Shown in pieces: positions 30,257 to 40,004 of a stretch of 64,000 bases of DNA (the first letter of the stretch is position 1; every line of letters begins with the position of its first letter). The position numbers and the translations under genes are program-made. Under the pieces are notes generated by a model. That model was given only the letters and a program-made list of their open reading frames with translations, was not told the DNA's origin and did not search any database. The DNA comes from Deltaproteobacteria bacterium (GTDB taxonomy: Bacteria; Desulfobacterota; Dissulfuribacteria; Dissulfuribacterales; QOAL01), in contig JALWYO010000020.1 in NCBI GenBank assembly GCA_026992735.1, positions 10,054 through 74,053 of the forward strand, written 5' to 3'.

Positions 30257-31489
30257 ATGGCAAACACACCTCTTTCAGAAAAAATGGTAAATTTCATGGA
30301 GAGTGCTTCCTGGATAAGAAAGATGTTCGAAGAGGGAGCAAGGCTCAAAAAAGAACACGGTGCGGAAAAGGTATGTGATTTCAGCCTCGGTAATCCCGAC
30401 CTTCCCCCGCCAGCTGCCTTCAAGGAAACCCTTGAGAAGTCAGCGGCTGACCGAACCCCCGGCGTGCATGCCTATATGCCCAATGCAGGCATTCCATGGG
30501 TGCGCCATAAAATTGCCTCCCAGGTACAAAAAGACCATGCTGTCAGCATCAGCCTGGACGAAATCATAATGACCTGCGGGGCAGCCGGCGGCCTAAATAT
30601 CATATTCAAGGCCATCCTGAACCCGGGAGATGAAATCATTGTCCCCAGGCCCTTTTTCGTAGAATACCATTTTTACACGGACAATCATCAGGGCAAGCTG
30701 GTTCCAGTCCGGTGCAACAGCGATTTCTCATTGGATATCCAGGCAATAAGGGATGCCATCAATGAAAACACGAAGGCTGTCCTTATCAATTCTCCCAATA
30801 ATCCATCTGGTGTAATCTATTCCGAAGACTCTATCAGGGAACTGGCAGGGCTTCTCTCCGATGTTGAGAAGGAAAAGGGTCAGACCATATTTCTCATCTC
30901 CGATGAGCCCTACCGCAAGCTTGCGTTCTCAGGCGCCTCTGTACCATCACTCATGAAACATTATGCCAATACCATTGTCACCACGTCCTTTTCCAAGGAT
31001 CTATCAATCCCTGGTGAACGCATAGGCTATGTGGCAGTAAACCCTGAAGCAAGGGACAAGGAACTCCTGATGGGTGCGCTAAACCTCGCCAACCGCATCC
31101 TGGGATTCGTCAATGCGCCTGCCCTGATGCAGAGAGCAGTGGCTGAGGCAGTCTCTGAACAGGTAGATACCTCCATATATGAGAAGAGAAGGGACATGTT
31201 TGCAGACATCCTGTCAAGGGCCGGACTCTCATTTACCCTGCCACAGGGTGCCTTTTATTTCTTTCCCAAGAGCCCGTTAGAGGATGAAACCAAATTTGTA
31301 CGTTTGCTCCAGGAAGAGCTCATACTGACAGTACCTGGCTCAGGCTTCGGCCTGCCAGGATATTTCCGTATAGCCTTTTGCGTAGATGACGAGGTTATAA
31401 AACGCTCTGAAACAGGCTTTAAAAGGGCGATGGAAAGGGCTGCTTCTGAGATTCAGGATAAATTAGCCTCTTCGCCCCTGCAAGGCTGA
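30257..31489 (+). CDS. class I/II PLP-dependent aminotransferase (aspartate/alanine aminotransferase-like)
   Basis: 410 aa with the PLP-lysine motif SFSKDLSIPGERIGY. Confidence 0.85.
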   Translation: MANTPLSEKMVNFMESASWIRKMFEEGARLKKEHGAEKVCDFSLGNPDLPPPAAFKETLEKSAADRTPGVHAYMPNAGIPWVRHKIASQVQKDHAVSISLDEIIMTCGAAGGLNIIFKAILNPGDEIIVPRPFFVEYHFYTDNHQGKLVPVRCNSDFSLDIQAIRDAINENTKAVLINSPNNPSGVIYSEDSIRELAGLLSDVEKEKGQTIFLISDEPYRKLAFSGASVPSLMKHYANTIVTTSFSKDLSIPGERIGYVAVNPEARDKELLMGALNLANRILGFVNAPALMQRAVAEAVSEQVDTSIYEKRRDMFADILSRAGLSFTLPQGAFYFFPKSPLEDETKFVRLLQEELILTVPGSGFGLPGYFRIAFCVDDEVIKRSETGFKRAMERAASEIQDKLASSPLQG

Positions 31490-31499
31490 ACCTGTACCA

Positions 31500-32231
31500 T
31501 TGATCAACCTTTATATAGCAGTCGCAGGCATCTCTTTTGCAGCAGGCATGGTGCAGGGGCTGAGCGGTTTTGGATCAGCCCTTCTGGCTATGCCGCTGCT
31601 CCTGCTCTTCCTGCCTGCCAGGATTGCCACGCCCTTCTGCATACTCATGGGGCTGGTCATTACGCTCCAGCTCGGCATAGGCCTCAAGAAACACCTGGAT
31701 TTTAAAAAAATATCCCCGCTTTTCACAGGATGCATACCAGGCATTTTCTGCGGCACATTCGTGCTGAAAAATGCAGATAACGATTTCATGAAAAAGACCC
31801 TGGGGATAATACTGATTGCTTACAGCCTGTTTCAGCTCTTCATACATCCAAAACCCATAAAGCTAAAATCATGGTGGGGCATTTTCGCAGGCTTTCTGAC
31901 AGGTGTGATAGGAGCTGCATTCAGTGCAGGCGGGCCTCCCACCATCATCTATGCCAGTCTGAACCAGTGGGACAAGGATGCAATAAAGGCGACTCTTACC
32001 GGGTTTTTCTTTCTCACCGGCATCATTATCGCCGCAGCCCACGCGGCTATGGGTATTACATCTGCCATTGTGATAAAGCTTTTTGTGCTCTCTGTGCCGT
32101 TTGTGATCGCAGGCACATATATAGGCACCCAGGCCTATAAACGCCTTTCCCTCAGGAGTTATCTAAAGCTCATTTATACCTTGCTTCTTTTCATGGGCAT
32201 AATGCTTCTCACCTCGAGTATAACTCATTGA
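31500..32231 (+). CDS. TauE/SafE-family anion exporter membrane protein
   Basis: 243 aa, about 8 TM helices, Gly-rich TauE-like pattern, TTG start. Confidence 0.7.
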   Translation: MINLYIAVAGISFAAGMVQGLSGFGSALLAMPLLLLFLPARIATPFCILMGLVITLQLGIGLKKHLDFKKISPLFTGCIPGIFCGTFVLKNADNDFMKKTLGIILIAYSLFQLFIHPKPIKLKSWWGIFAGFLTGVIGAAFSAGGPPTIIYASLNQWDKDAIKATLTGFFFLTGIIIAAAHAAMGITSAIVIKLFVLSVPFVIAGTYIGTQAYKRLSLRSYLKLIYTLLLFMGIMLLTSSITH

Positions 32232-32340
32232 TTACAGCTCAAAAAATTTTTATTCTATTTTTTAAAATGGAAATTTCAGTTCCTAAGTTTGACATTCTCT
32301 GATATTTAATACAAAATCAAGAAAAAGATGGAGGTGTATT

Positions 32341-33138
32341 ATGTGTAAAAGATTGCCTATCGCATTTTTGTTTTTTTGTACGGTTATCTCATCTGCATGG
32401 GCTGACAGCCAATATGATGGATGGTGGTTTGACGCTACCCAGCCGGGCTCAGGCGTTTCCATTGAAATCCAGGGTGATACCATGTTTTCAGCAGCTTATT
32501 CTTACTATGATGGTTCCCCTGTATGGTTTACCGGCATTTCCAAGTACAATGCTGCTAAAGATAGCTATATCGGTAAGATACAAGTATGGATGAACGGGGC
32601 AATGTCCATGCTGCCAGACAACCCCATGGCAATAGATGCCGGCAATGGAACAATAAGGTTCATCTCAACTGACCAGGCTGAAATGACTTACCAGCTTTCC
32701 CTGCCCGAACAGATAAACTCTACAACAGTACCCCTTACCAGGTTCATGAATACAGCTGCACCCGGCACTTCTGACAGCAGGCTGTTAGGCTGGTGGTGGG
32801 ACCCGTCATACAACGGAATGGGCTTTTTTCTCGAGGCCCAGGGCGGCACCCTTTTCGGGGCATGGTATCACTACTACCCGGACGAGCAGATGCAGGCTGC
32901 TTTTGGTACATGGCTGAGTTTCAGCGGCCCGTTTGAAAACGGTGCCAACAGTTTTTCAGCCAACCTGATGCTATGGCAGGGAGGAACATCATGGGACAAG
33001 CCGGAATACCAGGCCCCGATACCTACGGATACGGGAATGCCGGTTACCCTTGACATCAAGGCAGATGGGAAAATCGATATGCATGTTGGAGGTGGCCTTA
33101 ATATGGATTTTAAACTCGAGAGGTTCCGCTTCAACTGA
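32341..33138 (+). CDS. secreted protein of unknown function with tandem GWW-type repeat
   Basis: Signal peptide MCKRLPIAFLFFCTVISSAWA. Two internal repeats (YDGWWFDATQPGSGVSIEIQGDTMF..Y.YYDGSPVWFTG and LLGWWWDPSYNGMGFFLEAQGGTLFGAWYHYY). Paralog of 45812-47131. Confidence 0.75.
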   Translation: MCKRLPIAFLFFCTVISSAWADSQYDGWWFDATQPGSGVSIEIQGDTMFSAAYSYYDGSPVWFTGISKYNAAKDSYIGKIQVWMNGAMSMLPDNPMAIDAGNGTIRFISTDQAEMTYQLSLPEQINSTTVPLTRFMNTAAPGTSDSRLLGWWWDPSYNGMGFFLEAQGGTLFGAWYHYYPDEQMQAAFGTWLSFSGPFENGANSFSANLMLWQGGTSWDKPEYQAPIPTDTGMPVTLDIKADGKIDMHVGGGLNMDFKLERFRFN

Positions 33139-33167
33139 TGGAATAAATTTAAAAACTCCTGTCAAGA

Positions 33168-33210
33168 AAGGCGGTGGGGAATCAAGATATTCCCGCCGCC
33201 TTTTGTTTTG
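33168..33210 (+). terminator. intrinsic terminator candidate after the secreted-protein gene
   Basis: AAGGCGGTGGGGAAT ... ATTCCCGCCGCCTT hairpin followed by TTTGTTTT. Overlaps the 3' end of the convergent Nudix gene. Confidence 0.5.
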
Positions 33211-33661
33211 GAGAACCTTCTTTTTCTTCCACCAGGTTTCTGGCCCATTCAAGGGCTTCTAAAACCCTGGGAGCAACAAGTTTCCTTGCTTCTTCGTATG
33301 TTGCCCACTTGAAGCCGTCATGCTCCGGCTTGCCTATCTCCGGATTTACAGGCAAGCTTACATCACTGGTATGTGTCTCTGCCACATAATACCTTGCAAT
33401 CTTGCGGCCGCGGTTATAAGGCCCTGTCTCCCTGAAATCATATCCCCACCTGAAATCCAGATCCGTTATGGTGGTTTCTTCCATGGTTTCACGCCTTGCC
33501 GCATCAATCGGATCCTCTCCCGGCTCAACTATTCCCTTGGGGAAATCCCAGTAGCCATAGGCCCTTAAAAGAAGATATCGCCACTTTCCATCTTCTGCTT
33601 TTCTCACCACTATAACTCCTGAGGAAAGGGTCAGGGGCTTTTTTTTCCTGCCCTCTTTCAC
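33182..33661 (-). CDS. NUDIX hydrolase
   Basis: Nudix box GIVEPGEDPIDAARRETMEETTI. Confidence 0.85.
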   Translation of the reverse strand: MKEGRKKKPLTLSSGVIVVRKAEDGKWRYLLLRAYGYWDFPKGIVEPGEDPIDAARRETMEETTITDLDFRWGYDFRETGPYNRGRKIARYYVAETHTSDVSLPVNPEIGKPEHDGFKWATYEEARKLVAPRVLEALEWARNLVEEKEGSPKQKAAGIS

Positions 33662-36600
33662 AGCACAAGCCTCCCCTCTTTCTTGGTCCTGTAATCCAGG
33701 TAATACAATATCGGCACGACCATCCTTGAGAATATGGTGGCTGCGATTTCACCTGCCATAAGGGAAATGGCCAATCCCTGGAATATTGGATCAAAGAGTA
33801 TAACAAAAGATCCAACCACCACTGCCGAAGAAGTCAGCAGCATGGGCCTGAACCTGATTGCACCAGCGTCAACAACTGCCTCCCCTATATTCATGCCCTC
33901 TGCAAGCCTCAGGTCAATGAAATCTACCAGGATGATGGAGTTCCTGACCACAATGCCGGCACCTGCAATAAAACCTATCATGGAAGTTGCTGTAAAAAAG
34001 GCGCCCATAAGGGCATGGGCCGGGATGATACCTATAAGAGACAGTGGAATAGGGGCAAGTATGACCAGGGGTACAGAATAGGACCTGAACCAGCCGACAA
34101 CCAGGACATATATAAGCACCAGGACCACGGCAAAGGCAATGCCCATGTCCCTGAATACTTCATAGGTCACCTGCCACTCACCATCCCATTTCATGGCCCA
34201 GATATCAGGAGAAAAAGGCCTGCGAACATAGTACACATCTATCCCCCTGTTTCCCGCAGGTGTTTTCAGCTCTGCCAGGGCCTTGTTCATCTTGAGTATG
34301 GCATAGATTGGACTCTCCTCCTGGCCTGACACATCACCTGTAACATATACCACCGGCTTGAGATTCTTATGATAGATCGGATGGTCTATGACATGCCTTT
34401 CGATATGGGCCACTGAAGAGAGAGGGATCATTTCCCCAGCCTTGGAACGCACCATCAGGGATTTCAGATCCGGAAGACTGCCACGGGAGGCAAGGGGCAG
34501 CCTCACAAACAAAGGTACGTCTTCTGTTGCTTCAGGCAGATGGAGAAGGCCTGCAGCCGTCCCTGCCATGGCGGTACGGATAACCTGCAACACCCGTGCA
34601 GGATACACACCCATCTGGGCAGCCTTGTCCCTTTCCACCACGACTCGATACTCAGGCTGCGGGTCAGTCATATACCAGTCCACATCCACAACGCCTTCAG
34701 TATCCTGGAATATGCCCTTTATCTGCCTGGCCACATCGATCTGTTCTTCATAGTCAGGGCCATAGACCTCTGCCACCAGCGTCTGGAGAACCGGCGGGCC
34801 TGGAGGTATCTCAGCCACCTTTATCCTGGCCCCAAAACGCCTGGCTACCTCATCCAGTTTGGGCCTCAACCTCTTTGCAATGGGATGACTCTGTTCATTC
34901 CTCATATGCTTGGGCAGAAGATTCACCTGGATGCCTGCCACGTTTGGACCACGCCTCATGTAATAGTGACGCACCAGCCCGTTGAAATTGAACGGGGCAG
35001 CAGTGCCGATATACAACTCGTAATCGGTCACCACTCCTTCCCTGGCCAGAACGCTTCCGAGCTCCTGGGCCACCTTGGAGGTCTGTTCAAGGCTCGTCCC
35101 CTCGGGCATGTCAATAATCACCTGGAACTCGCTCTTGTTATCAAATGGAAGCATCTTGACCATGACCACCTTGAAATAGATAAGAGAGCAGGCGAACATG
35201 AACAAGGCCGCCATAAATCCCAGGAAACACCATCTCTGCCACGGCTTGTCTATAAGATGCCCCATGGCCCACCTGTAGATCCTGTCAAGCCGGGTATCCG
35301 TCTCTTCCTTATGCTCTGACTTGCGCCCCATGATATGGTATGCAGTCCATGGGGTAATGACAAAAGATATTACCATGGAAAGGAACATGGCCACGGACGC
35401 GCCAACAGGCATGGGCCTCATGTACGGCCCCATGAGCCCGCGGACAAAGGCAAGGGGCATGATGGCCACAATGACGGTAAAAGTGGCCAGTATCAGGGGG
35501 CTCCCAACCTCTATCACTGCCTCGACAATAATGTCCTTTGCTGGACGGCCTTTGTTGAACGGCAGCCTGAAATGCCGCACAATATTCTCAACATCCACGA
35601 TCGGGTCGTCCACCAGGATACCTATGCAGAAAATCAGGGCAAAGAGTGTCACCCTGTTCAGGGTATAACCATGGATATAATAGATGAAAAGCGTCAGAGC
35701 CAGGGTAACAGGTATGGCAACCAGCACCACCAGACTCGCCCTTATACCAAGCAGCAGGGCCATGAGTATTGCAACGGAAATAGTGGCAATAGCCAGGTGC
35801 TCCAGGAGTTCACTGGACTTTTCCCTGGCGGTTTCACCATAGTCTCTCGTAACAACACAATGGACATTGTCGGGAAGGATAAAACCCTTGACCGCATCCA
35901 CCTTTTCCTTGACCCTGTTGGCCAGCTCAGTAGCATTCCAACCCTTTCGCTTGGCCACAGCAATGGTTACAGCCTCCTTGAGCTGCCCGGGAGAAAAGGA
36001 GACACCCACCTTCTCCGCATGGCCCATGCCCGCACCGATAAACACATAGGAATCGGGTTCCTGGGAGCCATCGACAATATCCGCCACCTGGTCCAGGCGC
36101 ACTACCCTGCCATTGACTACCTTTATGACAGCAGATTTGACATCATCTTCCGAAGAGAAAAAATTGTTGAGCCTGAGAGAAAACGCCTTGTTATCAAAGG
36201 TGATATCCGTGATCCAGGAGGCCTGGTTCTGCGAGGACAGGGCCTGCAGCACATCGGAGGCATCCATCCCCAGGCTGTTCAGGGCACTTTCTCGCAGGTT
36301 TATCCTTAGCTGCCGTTTGAGCCCTCCCTTTATAAAGGTGCTGCTGATGCCAGGAATCTGCTTTATCTCGTTCCTGAGCCTTGCCGCAAGCTCTCTAAGT
36401 TGCCTGGCGTCGTACCCATCTCCCCACAGAGTGAGGGTCACTATTGGAACATCATCTATAGAATGTGGCTTAACCAGGGGCTTGCTGCAACCAGGGGGAA
36501 TCCAGTCAAAATGGGAGTATAGCTTGTCATAGGTCTTGAGAAGGCTGTCCTCCACATCCTGGCCCACATAGAACCTGACAATGGTCAAGGCCCTGCCATC

Positions 36601-36909
36601 CATTGCAGTAGAATACACATACTCTACCCCGGGGATCTCCCAGAGAAGCCTCTCCATCGGACTTATGACCCTGGACTCTATCTCCCTTGGAGATGCGCCA
36701 GGCATGCTCACCATCACGTCCACCATGGGAACCACGATCTGTGGCTCTTCTTCGCTGGGGGTAAACATGATGGCAAAGGCCCCGAGCAGCAGTGATGAGA
36801 TTACGAGAAGAGGAGTAAGCTTGGAATCAACAAAGGTCCTTATAACCCATGACAGAAATGGAGAATCATGGGCAATAGGATTTCTTCCAGGGCCTTTAGA
36901 GCTATTCAA
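33658..36909 (-). CDS. RND-family efflux permease (AcrB/CzcA-like)
   Basis: 1083 aa with 12 TM helices and two large periplasmic loops. Overlaps the upstream MFP gene. Confidence 0.9.
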   Translation of the reverse strand: MNSSKGPGRNPIAHDSPFLSWVIRTFVDSKLTPLLVISSLLLGAFAIMFTPSEEEPQIVVPMVDVMVSMPGASPREIESRVISPMERLLWEIPGVEYVYSTAMDGRALTIVRFYVGQDVEDSLLKTYDKLYSHFDWIPPGCSKPLVKPHSIDDVPIVTLTLWGDGYDARQLRELAARLRNEIKQIPGISSTFIKGGLKRQLRINLRESALNSLGMDASDVLQALSSQNQASWITDITFDNKAFSLRLNNFFSSEDDVKSAVIKVVNGRVVRLDQVADIVDGSQEPDSYVFIGAGMGHAEKVGVSFSPGQLKEAVTIAVAKRKGWNATELANRVKEKVDAVKGFILPDNVHCVVTRDYGETAREKSSELLEHLAIATISVAILMALLLGIRASLVVLVAIPVTLALTLFIYYIHGYTLNRVTLFALIFCIGILVDDPIVDVENIVRHFRLPFNKGRPAKDIIVEAVIEVGSPLILATFTVIVAIMPLAFVRGLMGPYMRPMPVGASVAMFLSMVISFVITPWTAYHIMGRKSEHKEETDTRLDRIYRWAMGHLIDKPWQRWCFLGFMAALFMFACSLIYFKVVMVKMLPFDNKSEFQVIIDMPEGTSLEQTSKVAQELGSVLAREGVVTDYELYIGTAAPFNFNGLVRHYYMRRGPNVAGIQVNLLPKHMRNEQSHPIAKRLRPKLDEVARRFGARIKVAEIPPGPPVLQTLVAEVYGPDYEEQIDVARQIKGIFQDTEGVVDVDWYMTDPQPEYRVVVERDKAAQMGVYPARVLQVIRTAMAGTAAGLLHLPEATEDVPLFVRLPLASRGSLPDLKSLMVRSKAGEMIPLSSVAHIERHVIDHPIYHKNLKPVVYVTGDVSGQEESPIYAILKMNKALAELKTPAGNRGIDVYYVRRPFSPDIWAMKWDGEWQVTYEVFRDMGIAFAVVLVLIYVLVVGWFRSYSVPLVILAPIPLSLIGIIPAHALMGAFFTATSMIGFIAGAGIVVRNSIILVDFIDLRLAEGMNIGEAVVDAGAIRFRPMLLTSSAVVVGSFVILFDPIFQGLAISLMAGEIAATIFSRMVVPILYYLDYRTKKEGRLVL

Positions 36910-38089
36910 GATGAAGCCCCTCGCGCATCTCGGAAAGGTTTGAGATAACTATCCTGTCACCGGGAGACAGTCCGCTCAGTACAGAAACCCACTTCTGCAC
37001 TGGAGCCGCCTGCCCTGATAAAACAGCCAGGACGGGCATGTAACCTGAAGACGTTTTCCTCCACTCCCTGCCTGTCTTTATGAGCCGCCACTTTATGGTG
37101 CCGGACTTGTCCACAGAATAGACACCGGTTATACCTCCCCGTTTAACCACTGCCGGCAATGGCACAACTATGGCCTGGGTTGAGCCTGTATCAAGAAACA
37201 CCCTTCCGAACAGCCCACTCTTCAAATCTGCACGCCCAAGATCAACAAGGATTGTAAAGGTATGGCTCAAAGGCCTTGAAGAACGCTGGACATGCACCGT
37301 CCTGGCCTGCAAGGACATATTGGCAGATGGAATGGACAGGCTGACCATGCCGCCCGGTTTTACCAAGGTATACAGGGCCTCGTCCACGTCGGCCTCAAAC
37401 CAGAAGCCGCTGCCCCTGCCATCCAGGCCTATCAAGGGATGACCCGGATTGATATATGTGCCGGGATCAGCATGCCTTTCAGAAACCCATCCATCAACAG
37501 GGGCCTCTATCCTGACATATAACAGCTGGTTCCTTGCCTCACGGAGCTGAGCCTCTATCCTCCTGATGTTTGCTTTTATGGCCATTACCTTGTTCTTCAT
37601 GGCCGTGTAACTGGTCCTTGCCCTGTCAAACTCGTCTTTTGTAGCAGACTCCTGCCTGTATAGGCGGGAAAACCTGTCAAAATTTATCCTGGAATATTCG
37701 TATTCTGCTGATGCGGCATGGAGTTCAGCGAGCGCCGCCTTTTTTGCTGACACAAGCGCTCTTACCCTGGCCTTGGCATCGGTATCGTCCATAAGCACCA
37801 GCAGATCTCCCTTGTGAACCATGTCGCCGATCTGGACCGGCACTTGCTTAACGTATCCAGGCATCTTGGCAGCAAGGGTGATGGAAACCTTTGACCTGAC
37901 ATGCCCGGGAAAACTCCGCACCCGGGGCAGTGTAACTGGCTCTATCACCATGGTCTCTGCCTTGACTGACGGATGGATACTAACCTCTTCCTTTTTCTTT
38001 TCTCCACTGCAGGCAAACAGAACAAGGAGGCAACTGCACCATACTATCCATCTCATACAGAATCCTGAACTATGCATAATCCCTCTCAA
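36902..38089 (-). CDS. RND efflux periplasmic adaptor (membrane fusion protein, HlyD family)
   Basis: 395 aa. Lipoprotein-like signal (LLVLFACSG), coiled-coil hairpin and beta-barrel regions. Confidence 0.85.
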   Translation of the reverse strand: MRGIMHSSGFCMRWIVWCSCLLVLFACSGEKKKEEVSIHPSVKAETMVIEPVTLPRVRSFPGHVRSKVSITLAAKMPGYVKQVPVQIGDMVHKGDLLVLMDDTDAKARVRALVSAKKAALAELHAASAEYEYSRINFDRFSRLYRQESATKDEFDRARTSYTAMKNKVMAIKANIRRIEAQLREARNQLLYVRIEAPVDGWVSERHADPGTYINPGHPLIGLDGRGSGFWFEADVDEALYTLVKPGGMVSLSIPSANMSLQARTVHVQRSSRPLSHTFTILVDLGRADLKSGLFGRVFLDTGSTQAIVVPLPAVVKRGGITGVYSVDKSGTIKWRLIKTGREWRKTSSGYMPVLAVLSGQAAPVQKWVSVLSGLSPGDRIVISNLSEMREGLHLE

Positions 38090-39666
38090 TGACCAGAACT
38101 GCCGGCTGCATCAATAACTGTACTCAACACGTCCCTGCCCAGGATCCCTGCCTTCCACCTAAGCCTGGACCAGGCCAGCCTTGCATCAAAACGGGCCTTG
38201 GCCTCACTCAACTTGGTCTCCCTTACATTGGTATCCGCGGCCAGAAGCTCCACCATAAGGGCAAGACCGTTTTCGTAACGGTTTCTCAATATGCGCTGAC
38301 TCTCAACAGCCTGCCTTACAGCCTTGTGCATAATCCTGAGCTGCTTTATGGCTGTCTGAAACCCGTAAAAGGCCTTTCGGACCTCGAGTTCTATGCTATC
38401 TTCCACTTCCTTGACCTTTGCTGCCTTTCTTTCTGTCTCAGCGCTGGCAGCAGATATCCGTGCCCTGTCTCCAAAACCGTTAAAGAGATTCATGGACATG
38501 GTTGCCATAAAACTCCAGGAATCACCACCAAAATCAGCAAAGGTCTGCCTGTCCTGCTGATATACACCCTGAAGATTGAAGGAAGGAAGAAAACTAAACA
38601 AGGCCTGTTTGTGCCCGTATTCCGCCATTCTGAGCTCATCTTTTGCCATCAATATCTCGGGCCTGTGTTTTTGGGCCAGCTTAAGCCAGGAATCCAGAAG
38701 CCCTGCATCCTGACTTTCACTGTCAAGCATCTTAAGATCCCATGTCTTGTCCTGGGAGACCCCCATGGCCTTGTCAAGTGCGGCAATGGCCACAAGGAAA
38801 TCGTTCCGAGCCTTGAACAGCTGCCTTTCTACAGAGGTCTTCTGGACATCAGCGCTCAGCACGTCGGACTTGAGTACAAGGCCGGACTCGAAACGCATAC
38901 GCGAAAGTCTCTCGTGGGCAGCAGCAGTCTTAACGGCAGCCTCCAGAACAGCCACGTTCTCCTTTGCCAAGAGTGCCTGGCAATAGGCCTTTTCAACCAT
39001 AAAGAGCACTGCCTGGCCTGCCTGGGTGATACCAAGCCCTGATATATCTTCAGCCAGCACCGAAGTCTTGTACCCTATGTATTCGCTGCCCTGATTAAAG
39101 AGAGGCTGAATCATTACTATCCTGGCCTGCCAGTTGTCACGGTAGTCAGGATCATTTAGTCTATCCACGGCAAAATCCTGACGGGTAAACGCGGTCTGGT
39201 CCAGCTTGCTGCCAAACACCATGACCGGGTTGTTGGACCTGGCGATGCCCGCCTCTATATTTACTTTTGGAAGGAATGCGCTTATAGAACGGTTGACATT
39301 GAAGCCGGCCTTCTTTCTGGAGGCTAAGGCCTGGGTCATGACCGGGTTATTTGCAAGGGCGTTCTGAAAGGCCTGCTCTAAGTCGAGAAGATGTCCATCA
39401 TCCAGACCATAACATGGGGAAACAGCAGGGATCATGGCGAGGACTAACTGTATCAAAAAAACCAATATGGTAAACAGTGTCAGGGTATGCCTGCTGTCTG
39501 GATGCAATATTGGCAACTTCTCAATAAGTCTGTGTAAATTCTCCAGTATCTGTTTACAGGATGCTGCAGATACAAGACGGAGGACGCGCAGGCGTACTTC
39601 CTGTACTTCAAGCGTCTGACAACGCAGTATATGCGGTATCCTGTGAGCAGATACCAATATTGGCAT
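38086..39666 (-). CDS. TolC-family outer membrane efflux protein carrying an in-frame MITE insertion after codon 4
   Basis: TolC-like repeats throughout. ATG 39666 (MPIL) is preceded by GGAGGAAGGGA. Codons 5-54 are the MITE plus its target duplication. The native signal peptide resumes as PILHPDSRHTLTLFTILVFLIQLVLAMIPAVSPCYG. Alternative restarts are TTG 39507 and ATG 39435. The track ORF starts at 39696. Confidence 0.75.
   Translation of the reverse strand: MPILVSAHRIPHILRCQTLEVQEVRLRVLRLVSAASCKQILENLHRLIEKLPILHPDSRHTLTLFTILVFLIQLVLAMIPAVSPCYGLDDGHLLDLEQAFQNALANNPVMTQALASRKKAGFNVNRSISAFLPKVNIEAGIARSNNPVMVFGSKLDQTAFTRQDFAVDRLNDPDYRDNWQARIVMIQPLFNQGSEYIGYKTSVLAEDISGLGITQAGQAVLFMVEKAYCQALLAKENVAVLEAAVKTAAAHERLSRMRFESGLVLKSDVLSADVQKTSVERQLFKARNDFLVAIAALDKAMGVSQDKTWDLKMLDSESQDAGLLDSWLKLAQKHRPEILMAKDELRMAEYGHKQALFSFLPSFNLQGVYQQDRQTFADFGGDSWSFMATMSMNLFNGFGDRARISAASAETERKAAKVKEVEDSIELEVRKAFYGFQTAIKQLRIMHKAVRQAVESQRILRNRYENGLALMVELLAADTNVRETKLSEAKARFDARLAWSRLRWKAGILGRDVLSTVIDAAGSSGH
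39513..39654 (+). mobile_element. MITE-like hairpin element, copy 2 (142 bp, diverged)
   Basis: Flanked by a perfect 8-bp direct repeat CAATATTG (39505-39512 and 39655-39662). Conserved apical loop GCAGGCGTACTTCCTGTACTTCAA. The stems differ from copies 1 and 3 by compensatory changes. Confidence 0.75.
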
Positions 39667-40004
39667 TTCTATGTCCCTTCCTCCTGAGATATTCATGCAA
39701 TCAGATCATCAACAACGCGCCATAGATTAATCGGACATAGCAGCACATTGCCCGCCAAGGCACGAAACGGCACCGGCATGTATCAAAAAATCCGCTGCTG
39801 ATGCTGAAAACCTTGTTACCAGGCGATATAGCGGCTACCATGACTGGCCATCAGGCTTAAATCAGGAAGATGTATCCCAAGTTTACATCTTCATCCTACA
39901 ATAACAACACTCGGCATAATAAACTAAAAATCTGTTTTCTCAAAACGTAAATAGGCACGATAATACCTTCTCTGTCAGGAGAAACGGCAGAGAGAGCGCA
40001 AAAT

